Source: Phoronis australis (Eukaryota > Animalia > Phoronida). From it: 64,000 nt of DNA. Where the stretch lies: the NCBI GenBank assembly GCA_002633005.1, contig NMRA01000308.1:186001-250000 (forward strand), in the 5' to 3' direction. This document shows, in pieces, positions 11,901 through 26,900 of this stretch. Each line of letters starts with the position of its first letter. The first letter of the stretch is position 1. The position numbers were made by a program, and so were the translations under genes. Below the pieces are notes generated by a model. It saw only the letters and a list, made by a program, of their open reading frames with translations. It was not told where the DNA came from and did no database searches.

Positions 11901-14900
11901 TTTTATCTTGGATGAGATGCCATGCAATGCTTAGAAAATTTGGTTATAAGTTATCGCCATGGTAATCATTGTGAATAGTTGTGTGTTACGAAATGTTTCA
12001 ACCAGTGTTCAGGATGTTCTATTGGATGTGTTAAACATCTTTGATTGTATTTTAACAAATATTATATTTGGAGATTTTGTTTTCAGAGCCTTCCACGAGC
12101 TACTTAAAGTTCAGACAAAGTAAGTTATTTGCACGCTTCAGTAATGGACTAACCTATTGTGAACTAAAGTCTTGAGTTAATTAAAAAAATTTAGCAAGAC
12201 TTGTGCTGTCACAGAAATGTTTAAATTATTACTTGTTCCTTTTGTTGGTCAGTTGCACACAGTAGTGCAGTATTTGTTTTCCTCAGTCTGTTCTGACACT
12301 TATCCTACAGCTACAGTTATTTATGTACTTCCTCACCCCTTATGACGTACAACAATTGTTCTTTTATCTTTTATTGCGAGTCCTGTTGGATAGGTAATAC
12401 TAATAATAGTACAAATAACAGCACAATGGGAGCTGTGTGTGTGTGGATGGGTGAACAGGTGATGCTTCGTTAGTTCAAATGACATTCAGTATTATAGTCT
12501 TAACGCCTGTCATGTTAATCCATGTTCAGTGGAACTTTCAAGGTTTGGGTGAACAATTGTTATGCTGTCAACTCGCTCTTGAATGCACAACGTACTCGTA
12601 ATGCTTTCTCGCGTGGGATATATCAATCCTTCATTTTATTTTCAGTTTGCGTCGACTGACCCGTGAACTGCTTGACCTGCACTCGCGTGACCCCTCAGAC
12701 GATGTGTTGCAGCAGAGGCTCAATAAGTGTTTCATGATAGCAAGTGAGTTGTTCTGGTTGAAGTGGTTGTAATCAACATTGAGACACGCTAACACTGACA
12801 TTCATTTATTTGCCTCTTCACATCTTACTCTGTTACAAGAGTTTCATGTAAATTCAGTAACAGGGAGATTCCTGTTTATATATTGAAACACTTTGCTGCT
12901 CTTTAAAACTTATCTCACAAGAACTAATAATTTTATCACCTGCTGAATGGTATATTTCTAGCATTAATTAAGTGTTCACGTGGTCACATTCAATGATGTC
13001 AACATTACAATAGTCAAATATTGCCTCTGTGATAGGTGCACTCATACTCCAGGGGTAGCAAGGGTGTGTCCCTCTATCTCTCAAGTCATGACTTCAACAT
13101 TTTACATTCTCTCTCAGGGACATTCCTAGACTCCACCTGTTGTCATTTTCCAGAACTATTTGTGTCTTGCTCTCGCATGGACATTCCCATACCCCGCCTT
13201 TAGTCATATTCCAGAACTATTTGTGCCATTATTTCTCAGGGACATTCCCGGACCCCACCTGTAGTCATATTCCAGAACTATTTGTGTTGTTCTTTCTCTG
13301 GGACACTCACCCACCTCACCAGTCACATGTGTTGCTTTCTCTCAGGGTATTTGCAGACCCCACCTGTTGTCATATTCCAGAATTATGTATGTAATTCTCT
13401 CTCAGGGACATTCCCAGACCCTACCAGAGCCAGTGAATCCATGAAGAAGCTCAATGGCATTCTCAAAGATGATGAGAGAATTCGAAAGCTGCTCACAGCT
13501 CTAGTGGCACCTGACTGCACTTGTAAAAAGGCTGCTGTTACTGTAGTAAGTACCACTTTACAATTACTGGGTCCACATTTTGACAATCTGTTTGATGCCC
13601 GCTATTCAGTGGAGAAAAGTGGAATGCGAGCATGTAATATCTCACTATTGCGGGATAACTGTAGTTGTCCACGTATTTTAGAATGCAGTGGTAGTAAAAT
13701 GTTCAAGTCATAGACATCTTAATACTATAGACTGGGCGAACGCGCTACTGCAGCTGATAACTTGACGCCATATTGGAAAGTGTTTCTAGTCACGTGACAT
13801 AGTTAATCACCGTGTAAACAAACAGGTCAAATTGCCCTTTTCAAAGCGCGATATCTAACACATAAAGAGACGGAAGAGGGTGAGCGTTTTCAGAAACATG
13901 AAAAACGTGATGCAATTCTTACATGCGTTTTTTAAGTGTCAATCAGTCGATAGGGAAAATGTCAAACTAACAGAAGATCGCAACCAGTGGCAGATTCTCG
14001 AGTGGCCTGTGCGGCTGCACGCTTAACAATCCATTGTGAGTGATTTATTTTTTTCGCTTTTTTTTCAAGAGAAACAGTAAGATCGCGCAAATTTATCATT
14101 TAATTTATGTTGCTCGAAGCAAGTACAGTATATCCAAGTGTATACAGGGATGTGCCGCTCACTCGGGTGGTAGGTACTTTCGCGATGCCCCAATACGCCT
14201 TGTCAGTATTGAAAAAATGTCCCCAGGTAACTTATTAATATTGCAATATGACCTGCGCCGCGTTTAATGTGGTCTAAATTTAATGTGAGCTACTGTGAAA
14301 AATGACCCCATTGGGGTCATATAAATAAATCACAGGTTTTCAAGATTCAGTGACTTCACCAGACATAGAGCAGTTGTGAGCATGTGATAACATCTAGCTC
14401 CTTTGTTTACTGCCTAGCACAGTCTTTTGTCTGGTATGACAACACGCAGGTCAGTTATCTACCAGACTTATTACCGATCACATTGGAGCACAGTCAAACC
14501 CAGTGCGTTGGTACGTTCAGATAGAATAGATTGTCTTAACTTCGGTTGTAGTTGGGTGATTTTGGTGATTCAAAGACTGAGAGCATGATTAGTATTTGAT
14601 GAGGAATTCAGAAATGTTATTGGTTTATGTTCAAACATTTTATAACTTGACATTTGTTCAACAGCACAGTCCAGTCAGGCTAGATATGATCTTATCGGAG
14701 ATTAGAGCAATTATCAAACAAAAGAGAGCATACCCTCCAACTCTAAGTGCCAGAATGGACTTAATCAGTGGTCAGTGTTGGCTACAGCTGTCATCCTCCC
14801 AACTTCTTGTTGTGCTATACAACTGAGCAAGTTGAACTCAAGGGGAGAATGTCGTAATGTAAAAAGCAAAGAACAGACTTCCTTTCCTGATCATCAAAAT

Positions 14901-17900
14901 ACAAATATTCTCTCACGAATGGTATTCCTCTGTCACGGATCTGAATTCTCTCCCGATCAAGCACCATACTGTGTAATTATTTGCTCACAGAGATCAGCCT
15001 CGCTCCCACATTATTTCCAACCGTTCCTTTCCCTCCCTCGCCTTAATCTGATATATGTACTATACATCCCTCAGCCGAGAAATTTAAGATAAATTCTCTC
15101 ACGCACGCTTGGCTTTCTCACAGTTTCAAATTCATTGACTTAGTAAGAAAACTTGTCTGCATTTGGAAGATTCTTAACATGTGGCCAAGTATTTTGAATT
15201 AGTCTTCATGCAGCTAGTCAGATATTATATCCTGGCACTAGCAGTGCAAAAATGGGCAGTTGCTGGTTTGGGCAACTGAACGAAGAACTGTTAGAAAAAT
15301 AGTGATTGTTTTCGCTTCAGCCCAGCTCCCACACATCATATTCTTGGTCTGCACGCCCTTTAGTATTTCTCCCTAATTGTGGCATATATTGAAAAAGCAA
15401 GACATATACATATCCCTTGGCGCATGCCTCTCAGGTCATCCTCAGGCAGGCCTTTATCCAGGATTTCGAAAATAGGGTGTCCAAAATGGGGATCCCATAT
15501 TCCAGGGCGTCCATGATTCCGACGCGTAACCCCCCACCCCCAGCAATCCCCCTAAACACGCAGATTTTTTTTACAAAAAATGCGTAGACCAAGGTTTCTA
15601 CATCTAAGTTTACAAAACAGCCTTCTGTAGTGAGCACTTTTATTAAAAAAAACTGGAGACCAAGACTTTTACAATGTTATCAACCAAGTGTGAGCATAGC
15701 ATTGTATATTTCTTCCTGCTTTGGAAAAAGAGCCACCACTGTGAGTCTTCATAGGCTTCCTAGTGATCATTACAATGTATGTATCCAAACTTGAAAGGTT
15801 CCTATTGATAGTGGGCGTCCATAGTGGGCGTCCAAATGGACGCCCTAGCACTAATGTGGACGCCCTAGAAAGGACGCCCAATGTATCATTTGGACATACG
15901 CTGCATAAAGGCTTGTCCTCAGGTCATCCCCAGACATAAACATCCGCGTATCGAACATTGTTGAAAGATAGTCTATTGCAGGTATCATATCTGCTTATCC
16001 CAACTCCCTGTGGCGGGGGAACCGTTGAATAATGACGGGACAGGTTTTCACGGACGTGAGGACATTTTTTCATGGGTTGGAAATTCTTCACATTAACTTT
16101 AAACCCTGTGAAAAAACTAACCAGGGTCATTTTTTACGGGGTTGTTACAGACCTTTATCCAGGATTTCGAAAATAGGGTGTCCAAAAAGGGTTCCCAATA
16201 TTCCAGGGCGTCCATGATTCTGATTCAGTAAAAACACGATTGTCATTAATACCAAATATTTACTCATCATTGGATAACAGCATATGCTGGTCAATAATTT
16301 TTAATTGATCTTATATGGTCTCAATCACCAGTACTGAGGTGAAAACCACGCATGGTCGCTCCACTTAAACTATGGTGGCAGAACATAAAAAACCTAGTGG
16401 CAGCAGCACTAAACTCTATGGTTGAACCAAAGAACCCATGACTGAATCGCAGGACCAAGAAACTCAACTCTTTGGCTAAAGGCATAGCACTGCAAAACCC
16501 CGGATTTCCTGACTGAGCCCATTATTGTCCTGTGTGACAACGCGAGCTGCATGTATCTGAGTGGCGCGCGCCCGCTCTATGTGATGTCTGTGGTTCAAGT
16601 GTTAAACATCCTGTTGCTGCATGCATTGTGTGTGGAAAAAAGTAGTAGAAATTTGTTAAAATTGGGAACGATAGGGAATTGAATTTTTGACTTCCTCTTG
16701 CACAATGGTGCTGCAATTAAGCTCTTGATATATAACTCATTTCTCATTTGTTTTTAGCAATGCATTGCAGTAGTTTCTTCTCAGTTCTGTGAGAATGCAC
16801 TTGTTTCACTCCGTCATATATACAAGGATGAATAGATGAAGTATTTGGCCCTTCTTGAAACAGTAATGCATTTGAACTCCTGTGTGTCTGGTTTCAAATG
16901 CACTTATGAAGTGCTTAGAATTCTAAAAAATTTTGGTTTATTGTTATTAGTATTATTGGCTCTATTATTATTGTTGAAATAAACTTCTCCATTAATTTCT
17001 TGTTCTTGTGTCAGTAATGAAGTGAATTATGACAAACTAAAAGCGACCCTTGTTGGTTGACTTCAGAAAGAGATAATCAAGAAGCTGGGGAACCCAACAC
17101 AACAGAACCACTTATACACCAATACCAAGACCTTGTTGGAGAGGATAGCACCCCTCATTATTGATGGCGACGCAGTAGAGGCCCTTGTCAAACTAGTCAA
17201 CGAATCAGTAAACGGCTTACCTACAATCTCTGAAGATGTCAGGAACCCAATTGAGTCGGGTGTAAAACTGTTGGAAGTGAGTGAGACGATATCAGTCGCA
17301 GTAGTCATGACGTGTTTGAAGTGATTCGCCTTGTGCACGTCATATTTGTGTACCGTTTTAACTAGCTCACACTGTTCAGGGTTTTCCTTGGGCACAAACT
17401 GAAACATTGCTCAAACTGCTTCATGTTTCTGCTTTGTAAAAGTCATTATTGCTAATTCATAGAAACTGTTCTTATTAATTTCATGTGCTGACCATGTCAT
17501 CTTTGTTTTCTCAGTAAATGAGTGAAAATATATTACTGTCCTGTCCCACAACATTATTTTTGTAAAATGTAGATAGAGAAGAAGTTCTGCAAAATGTAGA
17601 TAGAGAAGAAGTTTTGTAAAATGTAGATAGAGAAGAAGTTCTGTAAAATGTAGATAGAGAAGAAGTTCTGTAAAATGTAGATAGAGAAGAAGTAATCTGT
17701 AAAATGTAGATAGAGAAGAAGTTCTGTAAAATGTAGATAGAGAAGAAGTTCTGGCTTTTCAAACACAGCTCAAGATTTTTAAACTTGCTGGTTGCTTTTC
17801 ATACACGTTCCAGTCCTGTGTTTGAATGCATGTAGATATCGATGTTGTTTTGTCACGTTGTCATGTTTGCTTTAAGCAGACATGACAACTTGTTCTGGTC

Positions 17901-20900
17901 TTAGTTTTGTATATGTTGTATTTGCAGGGTATTTCCGGTGTCTTTCCCGGGGCCTTCAACACAGAAAGTATTTTTGAATATCTTATGGGCTTCTTGAAGC
18001 ATGAGGATGACGTGGTGGGCGACACTTCACTGCAGATATTTACAAATACGGCAAAAAACTTGCATAAAAATCATCCCAATATGTACTCGTAAGTAAAAGT
18101 GTTTCTTACAAAGGTTTATCTCAAAATAGTCTATGATTTGTATTGTGTTGGTTAGAAATGCCTGCAGCGCTCGGCGCTTATCTAAACGCCAAATCGCATT
18201 TGGCGTCCTGGCAAAAATCCCAGGTCGCCAAACGAAATCTGAGGTTGCCATTACTGAAAACACAATTTTCACCAACAAAAAAGGTCGTACAGCTGTAACG
18301 GCAGCCATTTTTGGTGCGATTCTCTAATTTACCCCCTACATACATCAGGGCTTGGAATTTTCCGCGGAAACGCGGATTTCCGCTTTTTTCAAATGTGCTT
18401 TCCGCTTTTTTAATATTTCCGCGTAAAAAAATCGGATTTGATATAAAATTTCCGCGGCAAATTCCTTTCTTACCGCGGCGTTGCAGACAACGTTCACCTC
18501 GAAAAGCGGAAGTTGCTCTTTATGTTTCGGAGGAACGTAAATTGTCAACATTGCCGGGGCACCTGGGACAGCGTGGTGGGATTTTCAATGGCGTCTCGTG
18601 TTATTGTAAGCGCGGCGACAAATACTACCGCCCTGCAGCCAAAAATGTGTGGGTTGGGAGTGGACGGGCGAGCTAAAGGGACGCAGACACATGCTACTGA
18701 TGGTGGTAACTTTTTTTTTAGTCCTCCCGATTTTTGTCGGGGAAAGGTTCACATTGACCATTTCAAGGCTGGTTATTGGGCATGATTTGGGCCGTAAAAG
18801 TTTCAAAGTTTCCGCGTTTTTTGTCATTGGTCATTCCAAGCCCTGATACATACATTCAGTTTTTATGCTCAATTTTTGCCAAACAATTACGACTTGTCTC
18901 TGTTTACTTCCTGTTGTAATTTGAACGTGGTGGCAAATGCGTTGAATTCATGGAATAAATGGAACAGTTGTGAATGGAAGGTAATGGATATGGGAACACT
19001 GTTAATAATTTCAAGTTTGGAACTCAACATGAACCTTGAAACGAATTTAGTGGGAAATATTGTCTGACTTTGATGCTCGCATTGGTGACTTGCAATTTTT
19101 GCCAGGTTGCCAAACACAATCTGAGGCCGCATCGAGCGCTGGCCTGTATGTTTTTGTCCCATTAATATCTTAAATATGCTTTTGTCCTAGACATGCCTGC
19201 ATGTTTTTGTCCCAGGCACACCTGTATATTTTTGTTCAAGAAATGCCTGTTTTCTGTTCAGGAAATTTTTGTGTAAGCTTTTTGTCCCAGCAATGCCTTT
19301 ATGTTTTTGTCTTAGAAATGTCTGTATGTTTGTGTCCAGAATTGCAGCAGTGTTTTTGTCCCAGATATGTCTGTACAGTGTTTCTCCTGGGTTTTGAGTG
19401 CAGCGTGGTGGTGAATGGCCAAAACGAGGTGCAAAGCCCATTGCCGCACGCGAATATGAGAAGTGGGAGCCCCCTATTGTCTGGGTTTCAAAAGGAGCGT
19501 GGTGGTGAATGCTTGACGCGGATGTGGAACCCGGCGCCACATGCGACCGTGGGATGAAGTGAGATCCTCCCATCAGGGAGGGGGGTTGAGAGACCTTCCC
19601 CATGGCAAAATTTGAAAATTAGATGTAATTGATTGCAGTTTGCTCATCATATTCAAGACCTTAACCCGAGCCTCATGTAGTGGAAGTGTCTGGGTAAAGG
19701 ACACTTCGCAAGACAAATAAGCAATGAAGTGTTCGGCATAGTGTGATCTCTGTCGCACTTGAGTACAAAAAACAGTGTCAAAATTCAATTATCCACGAAG
19801 TGATAAACATAGAACAAAAAATATGTGAACTTTGTAGACGTAATAAACTAATTCGTGTTACGAAACTTCCGTTGATATCGTCTTGCTAAACATAAATCAG
19901 CTGGCATAGCAGACCATGTATAATCCAGTCCATGCAGAGGAATCTGAGACTGGTTAACATTCATTATCGTCATTTGGGCATGGGGCTATGGTTGATTAAA
20001 CAGTTGGATGTCACGCCCTGCAGTATAATTCACAATGTGTTTTTTAAACTCGGATATGATAAAATTAGTGAAGCAGAAATCTTACTGTTCCGTACTTCAT
20101 TAGCGAGCCCTGGTGCTTTCCCACTTCAGAAAATTCGTATCGAGGTCGTTGCCTGGTCCCCGGCTGTATTTAAGTTTATGTGCATTGTCGGATAACCAGG
20201 CAGAAATGAGGTACGAAAGGAGATTGGTGATTGAATGATTGTGTTTAACGGGGGCACAATTCAAGATTCCATTCTAAAATTATTATTTTTCCCTTTCGAT
20301 CCACAGAAGGTGAAAGGTGTCGTATGACTTGTACTTACTCATTATTACTAGCAATCATTTTTACTTGCGATTCATTTCGCTAGCGATGATTTTTACGTGG
20401 CGGTGAAGTTTCCCCGTCACGATTATGTGTGTGGCGGTCAATTTGAGTATTATTTACGAGTGGCGGGGCCAAAAAGGAGCGTGGCAGGCCGCCCAGAAGT
20501 TTATACCCTGTCTAGGTTTTTATCCCAAAAATGATTGTATGTTTTTTTGTCCCAAGCATGTCTGTATGTTTGTTTCCTGGACATGATTGTTTTTTGTCTC
20601 GGGAATGCCTGAATGTTTGTATCTGAGAAATGCCTGTATGATTTTCTCCCAAAAATGCCTGTATGTTTTTTCCTAGGAATGTTTGTATGTTTGTGTCCCA
20701 GACATGCCTGTGTGTTTGTGTCCCAGAAATGCCTGTTTTTTGTCCCAGGAATGCCTCTTTGCTTTTGCCCAGAAACTCCTGTATGTTTGTGTCCCCCTCT
20801 GCATATGTCTTAGTGAGAAAATTTAGTATGGATTTTAATATTGTGCATTCTACATGACGAGAAACTATCTAGTTACCCTGCACCAAATGCTTGATGTTAA

Positions 20901-23900
20901 TAAAGTATCTATTAAGTCTTTCTACAGATTATTATCGATGTTATTGTCAGGGCTCATATTCATCTGTGGAGTTGTATAAAAGGAAGAATTATTTTAGCTA
21001 TTTGCTATATAAGTATCTAAGTATTATGAGCTGTAAAGGACATTCTTTTGAGGATTGGTTTTGTAAGTAAAAAATGTTTATTTGCAAATGACCAGAGTTC
21101 TGTTTGCTTGTTCATCTTTCCACTACTTTCATTCTAATGGTATTTGCACATTTCTTTCGTAGGAGTCTTCTTCCTGTACTACAGAGCCTGGCCAAGATAG
21201 GTACCCCTAGCCAGGCAAAGCACGCGGTCAAATGTATAGATGCAATATCTCCTGCCAAAGAAGCTATTTTCGCTCAGATATTCGAGGTATGCTCTATTAT
21301 TCATTTTTCCACAGATCTTATGCTGCGAGCATCTACATTATGGACTCATATATGGTTTGTGTAATTTGAGAGAATAGAAATGTGCAGGTCCTTGAGTTTG
21401 AAATATGATGGCAGACTGATGTACTTTAGATTCCTACTGTGGTCTGTTGATTACTTTTTAAAAGACCTTTTCTTAGGTTGTATCATGCACTATTTTCTGA
21501 CCCTTATTTGATTCGGCAACTTTTTTGGTAATCTGAAGGTCTCATTTGGCAAGCTGACGTTATGCTTCACATTGAGCCCTGAAACATGAATTCTTTGTTT
21601 GAGTGTTGCGATGAAATTCGGTGATAAATATCATGCTAGAATGAGTTACATGATTTGCGCACTGTTCTTTGTGTTTCAAAAACTTCCGCTTTATCTCACC
21701 AGCACCTGACGACCAAGTCGTTGTCCTTTGACTCGGCCAATTACCGCACTGCACTAGTATCGCTTGGTCACATAGCCAGACTGTGTCCTGAGAAGATAGG
21801 CAGTGAGATGAAGTCTATAGTGGCCAAAAACATAGTCAAGGATCTACTGATGCAGGACAGAGTAAGTACAACTAGGGTTGGATACACCTGTGGGGGTGGG
21901 ATTCAGTGTCATGGGGCTGAGGATGATACAGGGATGTGGAGGTGTTGATAGTGCTTTGAATCAATGGGGGTAACTACACTAGTCATAGTTGTTCAGGTGC
22001 CAGACTCCATATATCTAAGATCTTGTGGGAGTTGCTGCATGGTGCAGTAATGAAATCTGTCATTACTTACACTGTTATAAATTCACAAAACACTTTGGCA
22101 TGCACATCTCCTTCAGTGAAAAAAGATGACCAGTCAGAGTGCTTGGAATATTTTTGAGTATTTAAATGGACCTTGTATGTACAAGGTAGTTATGGTTGTG
22201 CCGAGTCTGATGCTCAAATATTCTGTTATTATTGTGATGTTCAAGTAATAATTACATGTCACAGTATGTTGGGTGTGTGTTCCTTCTAGTGAGACTGGGC
22301 TTGGTTAACTTATGCCATCTGAAATACTGGGTCATGTAGTGGTACGAATACCATAGTATATTCTTATGAAGGTTTTTTGTTTAGGAACCCAAAGGTAAGA
22401 GCACAGAAAGCTGGTGTGCCGATCATTTGGTGTCTGAAGAAACACAAGCCAAGGTATGTTCTCACTTTGTACACGTCTGATTTAAATACTAAAAATTAGG
22501 AAAACGACCCAATATTTTCCTGTCTTAAGTGATATCGAGCTCTGGTTTTGTAACCGCATGCTCACGAAAGCTGTCTGGGATAACCCGAGTTTTCTTTCTT
22601 CTCCTGTAACTGACCCCTTAGCACGTGTGTTGCCGAAAGATGTTATTTGCAGTCTGGCAGGATTATTTATTTTTGTACTGACACCAGTGAGCTCACAGGA
22701 CATAAAAAGCAGAAAAAGTTTGTACCAACCTGATTTCACGTCTCCCTGGAGTGAAGGTGAGAGGAAACGGAAAGTTTTAAGGGATCCTTAACACTTATTT
22801 GACTAAGCTTTGTATTCCCTTTAGATTCTGGCCATGAAGTTGATGGTTCGCTGGCTTCAAGGCCTCAAAAGTGATTCCAGCAAGTCAGGTACATCCAGTA
22901 TGAGACTGCTGCACACTATGGTCATACATGGCGGTGATCTTATGGAGAACAACAAGGTTAGGTGAGTCGTCTGGACAACAGTTATTCAACAAGTGACCAG
23001 CGTTTGTCATTGTGGGTCTGCGCATTCCCAGAAGGTGATTTTTTGGTTGAGGGAAAAATTACTCAGTTGCTACTCCTCATCGACATTGCCTCAAGTAGTT
23101 AAAGTGTACACAACATGACTCTAGTACCTCAAAATAAATTTTATTATTATATCTTACTTGATTTCAGTGCCTTTAGTGCACAGCACATAAAGAAACACGC
23201 AAAAATTGAAAAAATAATAATTATGTACAACGTCATGGGTTGAACCCAAGTCGTTCGCCATACTGTTCGGATCAGAGACAAAGTGTATAGAGTGAAGTGA
23301 AAGCAAAGTACATTTAGCGTCAAGAAGGTTCGTAGAGGGATTAAAAGATGTGTTTCCGGAGGCTGCAGCAACAGCAACCAGGCTGAAAACGTCTCGGTGG
23401 TCCGAAGGACATTAAAGTTGCGCAGAAGTGGCATCGCTTCGTGTGCTGAACTAGAGTGTCATCATGGACCTAGCGATTCGGTCCGGGGCCACTCTGTGTT
23501 CTGCCCACTTTGAGGACTCGTGTTTCGACTCCAGTCACAGGAGATGTTACGATGAAGGCCTGGTTCAATAAAGGACAATATTTATCATTCAGAAACATCA
23601 GCTCTTAATTCAGGATCGTCGGTTGGATGACTGGGTTGACTCGCCAAGCCCGAGGCTGCTTCTCTCGCGGGAGGATCCAGTTCGTAAGGCTCAAAGTAGA
23701 AGAGTACGCAGCCTGAAGCACATTAAACTTGTTCGCGCTTTCGTGCAACCCCATTTCCTCATCCTGGCCACCATTCCCGTATGTTTTTTCATAGTATTCG
23801 TTCAATTCTTGCTCATAATCATCGTCGCTTTCAAATTCCCTGCTCCGCCATTGTTCAGTACTAGTCACTGATCTCTTGTGTACAATCCATGATGTGACCT

Positions 23901-26900
23901 GACGGGAAATGTGAAAATTGGCAAAATTGAAAGAAAAATCCAAATTTCGAGCTAATTACACAAAATAAACGTGGGTTTAGCTAAATTTTACGTCATACAT
24001 TTAGTCTGTGGCCACTGGTAATTCAAAATGTGCAAAAATCCATGGTGTGTACTGTTAAAACTAACATTTTGGTGAATCTAACCTTGGGGAATTTTTGGGG
24101 TTAATGAGTGGAATTATGCATTATTTTTTAATACTTTTCATGGTTGAATGAGGTCAGTATTCGGCCACAAATTCGAGGCATCAAGGTAGGTCCCTGCAAT
24201 TTCAGAGCAATAAAAAATTATTCCACCTGTTTGGAATAGACAGAAATAGTTATTTGAGTATTGACACGATTATCTTGAGATTGAGGTTCCGTTCAAAACT
24301 GCACACTTGTATTTGAATACTTTTCAATCTGTTTCATAATGTTTTCTGTTGATCACACTTCCTGTTTATACAGATGTGTAATGTCAAGTTGCCATACTCT
24401 CCATTGAATTGTGTCCTAAAATATGTATAAGATAGTCATCCATTGGTTAATAGCTGAACGTTCATTCTTTGTTCTCCATGGACTAGTTAGGTAGTCATCC
24501 ATTGGTTAAGAGCTGAACGTTCATTCTTTGTTCTCCATGGACTAGTTAGGTAGTCATCCATTGGTTAAGAGCTGAACGTTCATTCTTTGTTCTCCCTGGA
24601 CTAGTTAGGTAAATTAAAATCTGCTGCAAGACTATTACTGCATTGTACAAGTGGTTGCTGAACACGCTTATTGTGTAACTTGTTCTTGCTGGAAATGATC
24701 ATAACAGTGCATTATTCTGTTGTGTTAACGTGATTTGTAATTGAACACTTATCATAAACAAAACACATCATTAAAAGAATGGTTATTTTTGCAGAAACCT
24801 TATCTATAGCTCTTACATCTTAATTATTTTGTAAATGTGGTTTCATCACGTACAGTACAAAACAAAAGTAAGCAGACAAAATACTGTTCTCTGTCATGAC
24901 AGCTAATTCTGATAACAGCGAAAATGACTGGTAGTAACTATTAAGATGGCAGAATTCTAATTGCAAAATGACTTAGCCAGCTTACTAACTTTAGAATTCT
25001 AATTGCAAAATGACTTAGCCAGTTTACTAACTTTAGAATTCTAATTGCAAAATGACTTAGCCAGTCTACTAACTTTAGAATTCTAATTGCAAAATGACTT
25101 AGCCAGCTTACTAACTGTAGAATTCTAATTGCAAAATGACTTAGCCAGCTTACTAACTTTAGAATTCTAATTGCAAAATGACTTAGCCAGTTTACTAACT
25201 TTCTAATTAATTCGTCTTCATCTCACTCTGATGATGAATGGAACGGTCATGATGAGGGAATTCTGGGTCACTTTGTCGGAATACTTTTGACTTGTACTCT
25301 ACACAACTGTTTGAGATTCACTTTTTTTAAGTTTGGTCAAAAACAGTAATTGTCAACGTCATTTCCTAGATGACTCAAGAACTACGTTTTATTATTTATC
25401 TGTCCAAGTTGATTATATTCCTGGCTGTTGTTGCAGTAAAGCTGAGATGGCGCGACTAAGATTGACAGCTGGGTGTTGTATACTAAAGATAGCCCAGGAG
25501 TCAGCCTACAGTGACTGTATATCTCCTGAACACTTCCAGGCAGTAGCACTCTTAATTAACGTAAGCGTTTGTAAATTGTTGGTCTTTTAATAAAATGTAA
25601 TCTGTACGCATTGATGTTAGTATGTTGTGGTATAAATCATCTGATGTGCATGTTTTGTTTAAATTGATGTTCCTAAATGTTGATCATTTTGATATGCCTA
25701 AATTACTGGGTTCTCTATAGTAAATGTTGTGGGTCATAGGTCGTGGGTTATTAGAAAATCTGAGTCAAGTGTGCACTTAATAGTTATAGAAAGAAGAAAA
25801 CCTTTGTCTTGGTTAAGATTTAATCAGTTGTTATTATGGAAAAAAAACTATAGATTGGAAAAGGTAACGATTTTGCATTATTTATGATGGAAGCAGTACC
25901 AATAAAATGGGTATTGTTCAAGCACTGATTCGTTTCCGTACATAGGACACATGCTTTCAAGTGCGTCTCCAGTTTTCCCAGAAGCTACAGAAAGGCCTGC
26001 TCAGCTTGAGACTTCCTCTCCAGTACATGGCTGTTTTCTCATTGGCTGCCAATGACCCCATCAAAGATCGGCGGGTCGAAGTGCGCAAATTCATCGTACA
26101 GAACATTCAGAGGCGACGAGAGTACTCTAAACAACATGCCATCAACTCCAGTAAGTGAGAAGGAGTGATATTGTATGAAGAGGGAGTGATATTGTTTGGA
26201 GAAATTATTCACAGCAAAGGTTGTGTTCAACAGTTTTCAAGTCTTATCTGTATCACTCTTATTTTCATTTTAACTCTTAGTTCATTCATTTGTTTCTAGT
26301 ATGACTCCTGTTGGTTCAGTTAATAGTTAATAGTATGACAAGTGTTAGAATGTTCGTTGTTTACTCGAATGACATTTTAAATGTGATTCTGTTAAATAAT
26401 TTTCTTTCACAACAGTGTTTAACAGTGACTAATGCTGAAGTGTTCATTTGGATGATGGGAACTGTCAGAAGCAAATGACCACAAAATCAAACAAAACAGC
26501 CCTCAACTCATTACATAAGACATTTAGAAACTTGTTTTTTTTCACATGAGTGCCATGGCAAGGATAATGTTCATGTAAATATCATATCACTGATACAAAA
26601 CATTTATTTTTCTAATCAAACCGAAGTTATTAAGAATAATCTGGACATTTTTACTGCCATCCGTCATATTTTGCTGAAGTTTTGAGCAATAAAGCTGTTA
26701 CATTTCTTATATCGTTGTTATATTTTACCAAATATGGAAACCTTCCTTTGGTACAGTGGGCGTCCCTTTGTTGCTGCCTACGTGTCCTGTCGTAATGGTA
26801 CATTTGTCCTCCAATCTAGCGGCCATGATGATCCAAATAATGCCTGACTACGTCATGCCGTACACCGTCCACCTACTGGCACATGACCCTGATCTGAAGA

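Noticed and set aside
18133-19788. Cluster of 60-140 aa ORFs
   Set aside because: Fall in GC-richer MITE and minisatellite sequence; no domain motifs or splice structure
22385-22400. Strong internal donor AAAG|GTAAGA in PDS5 exon 20
   Set aside because: Would give a 10-nt frameshifting exon and drop conserved residues; no evidence of use
25225-25270. C/D-box snoRNA-like TGATGA motifs (also ~27442)
   Set aside because: No properly spaced D box with terminal stem or recognisable guide; cannot be supported without a covariance search
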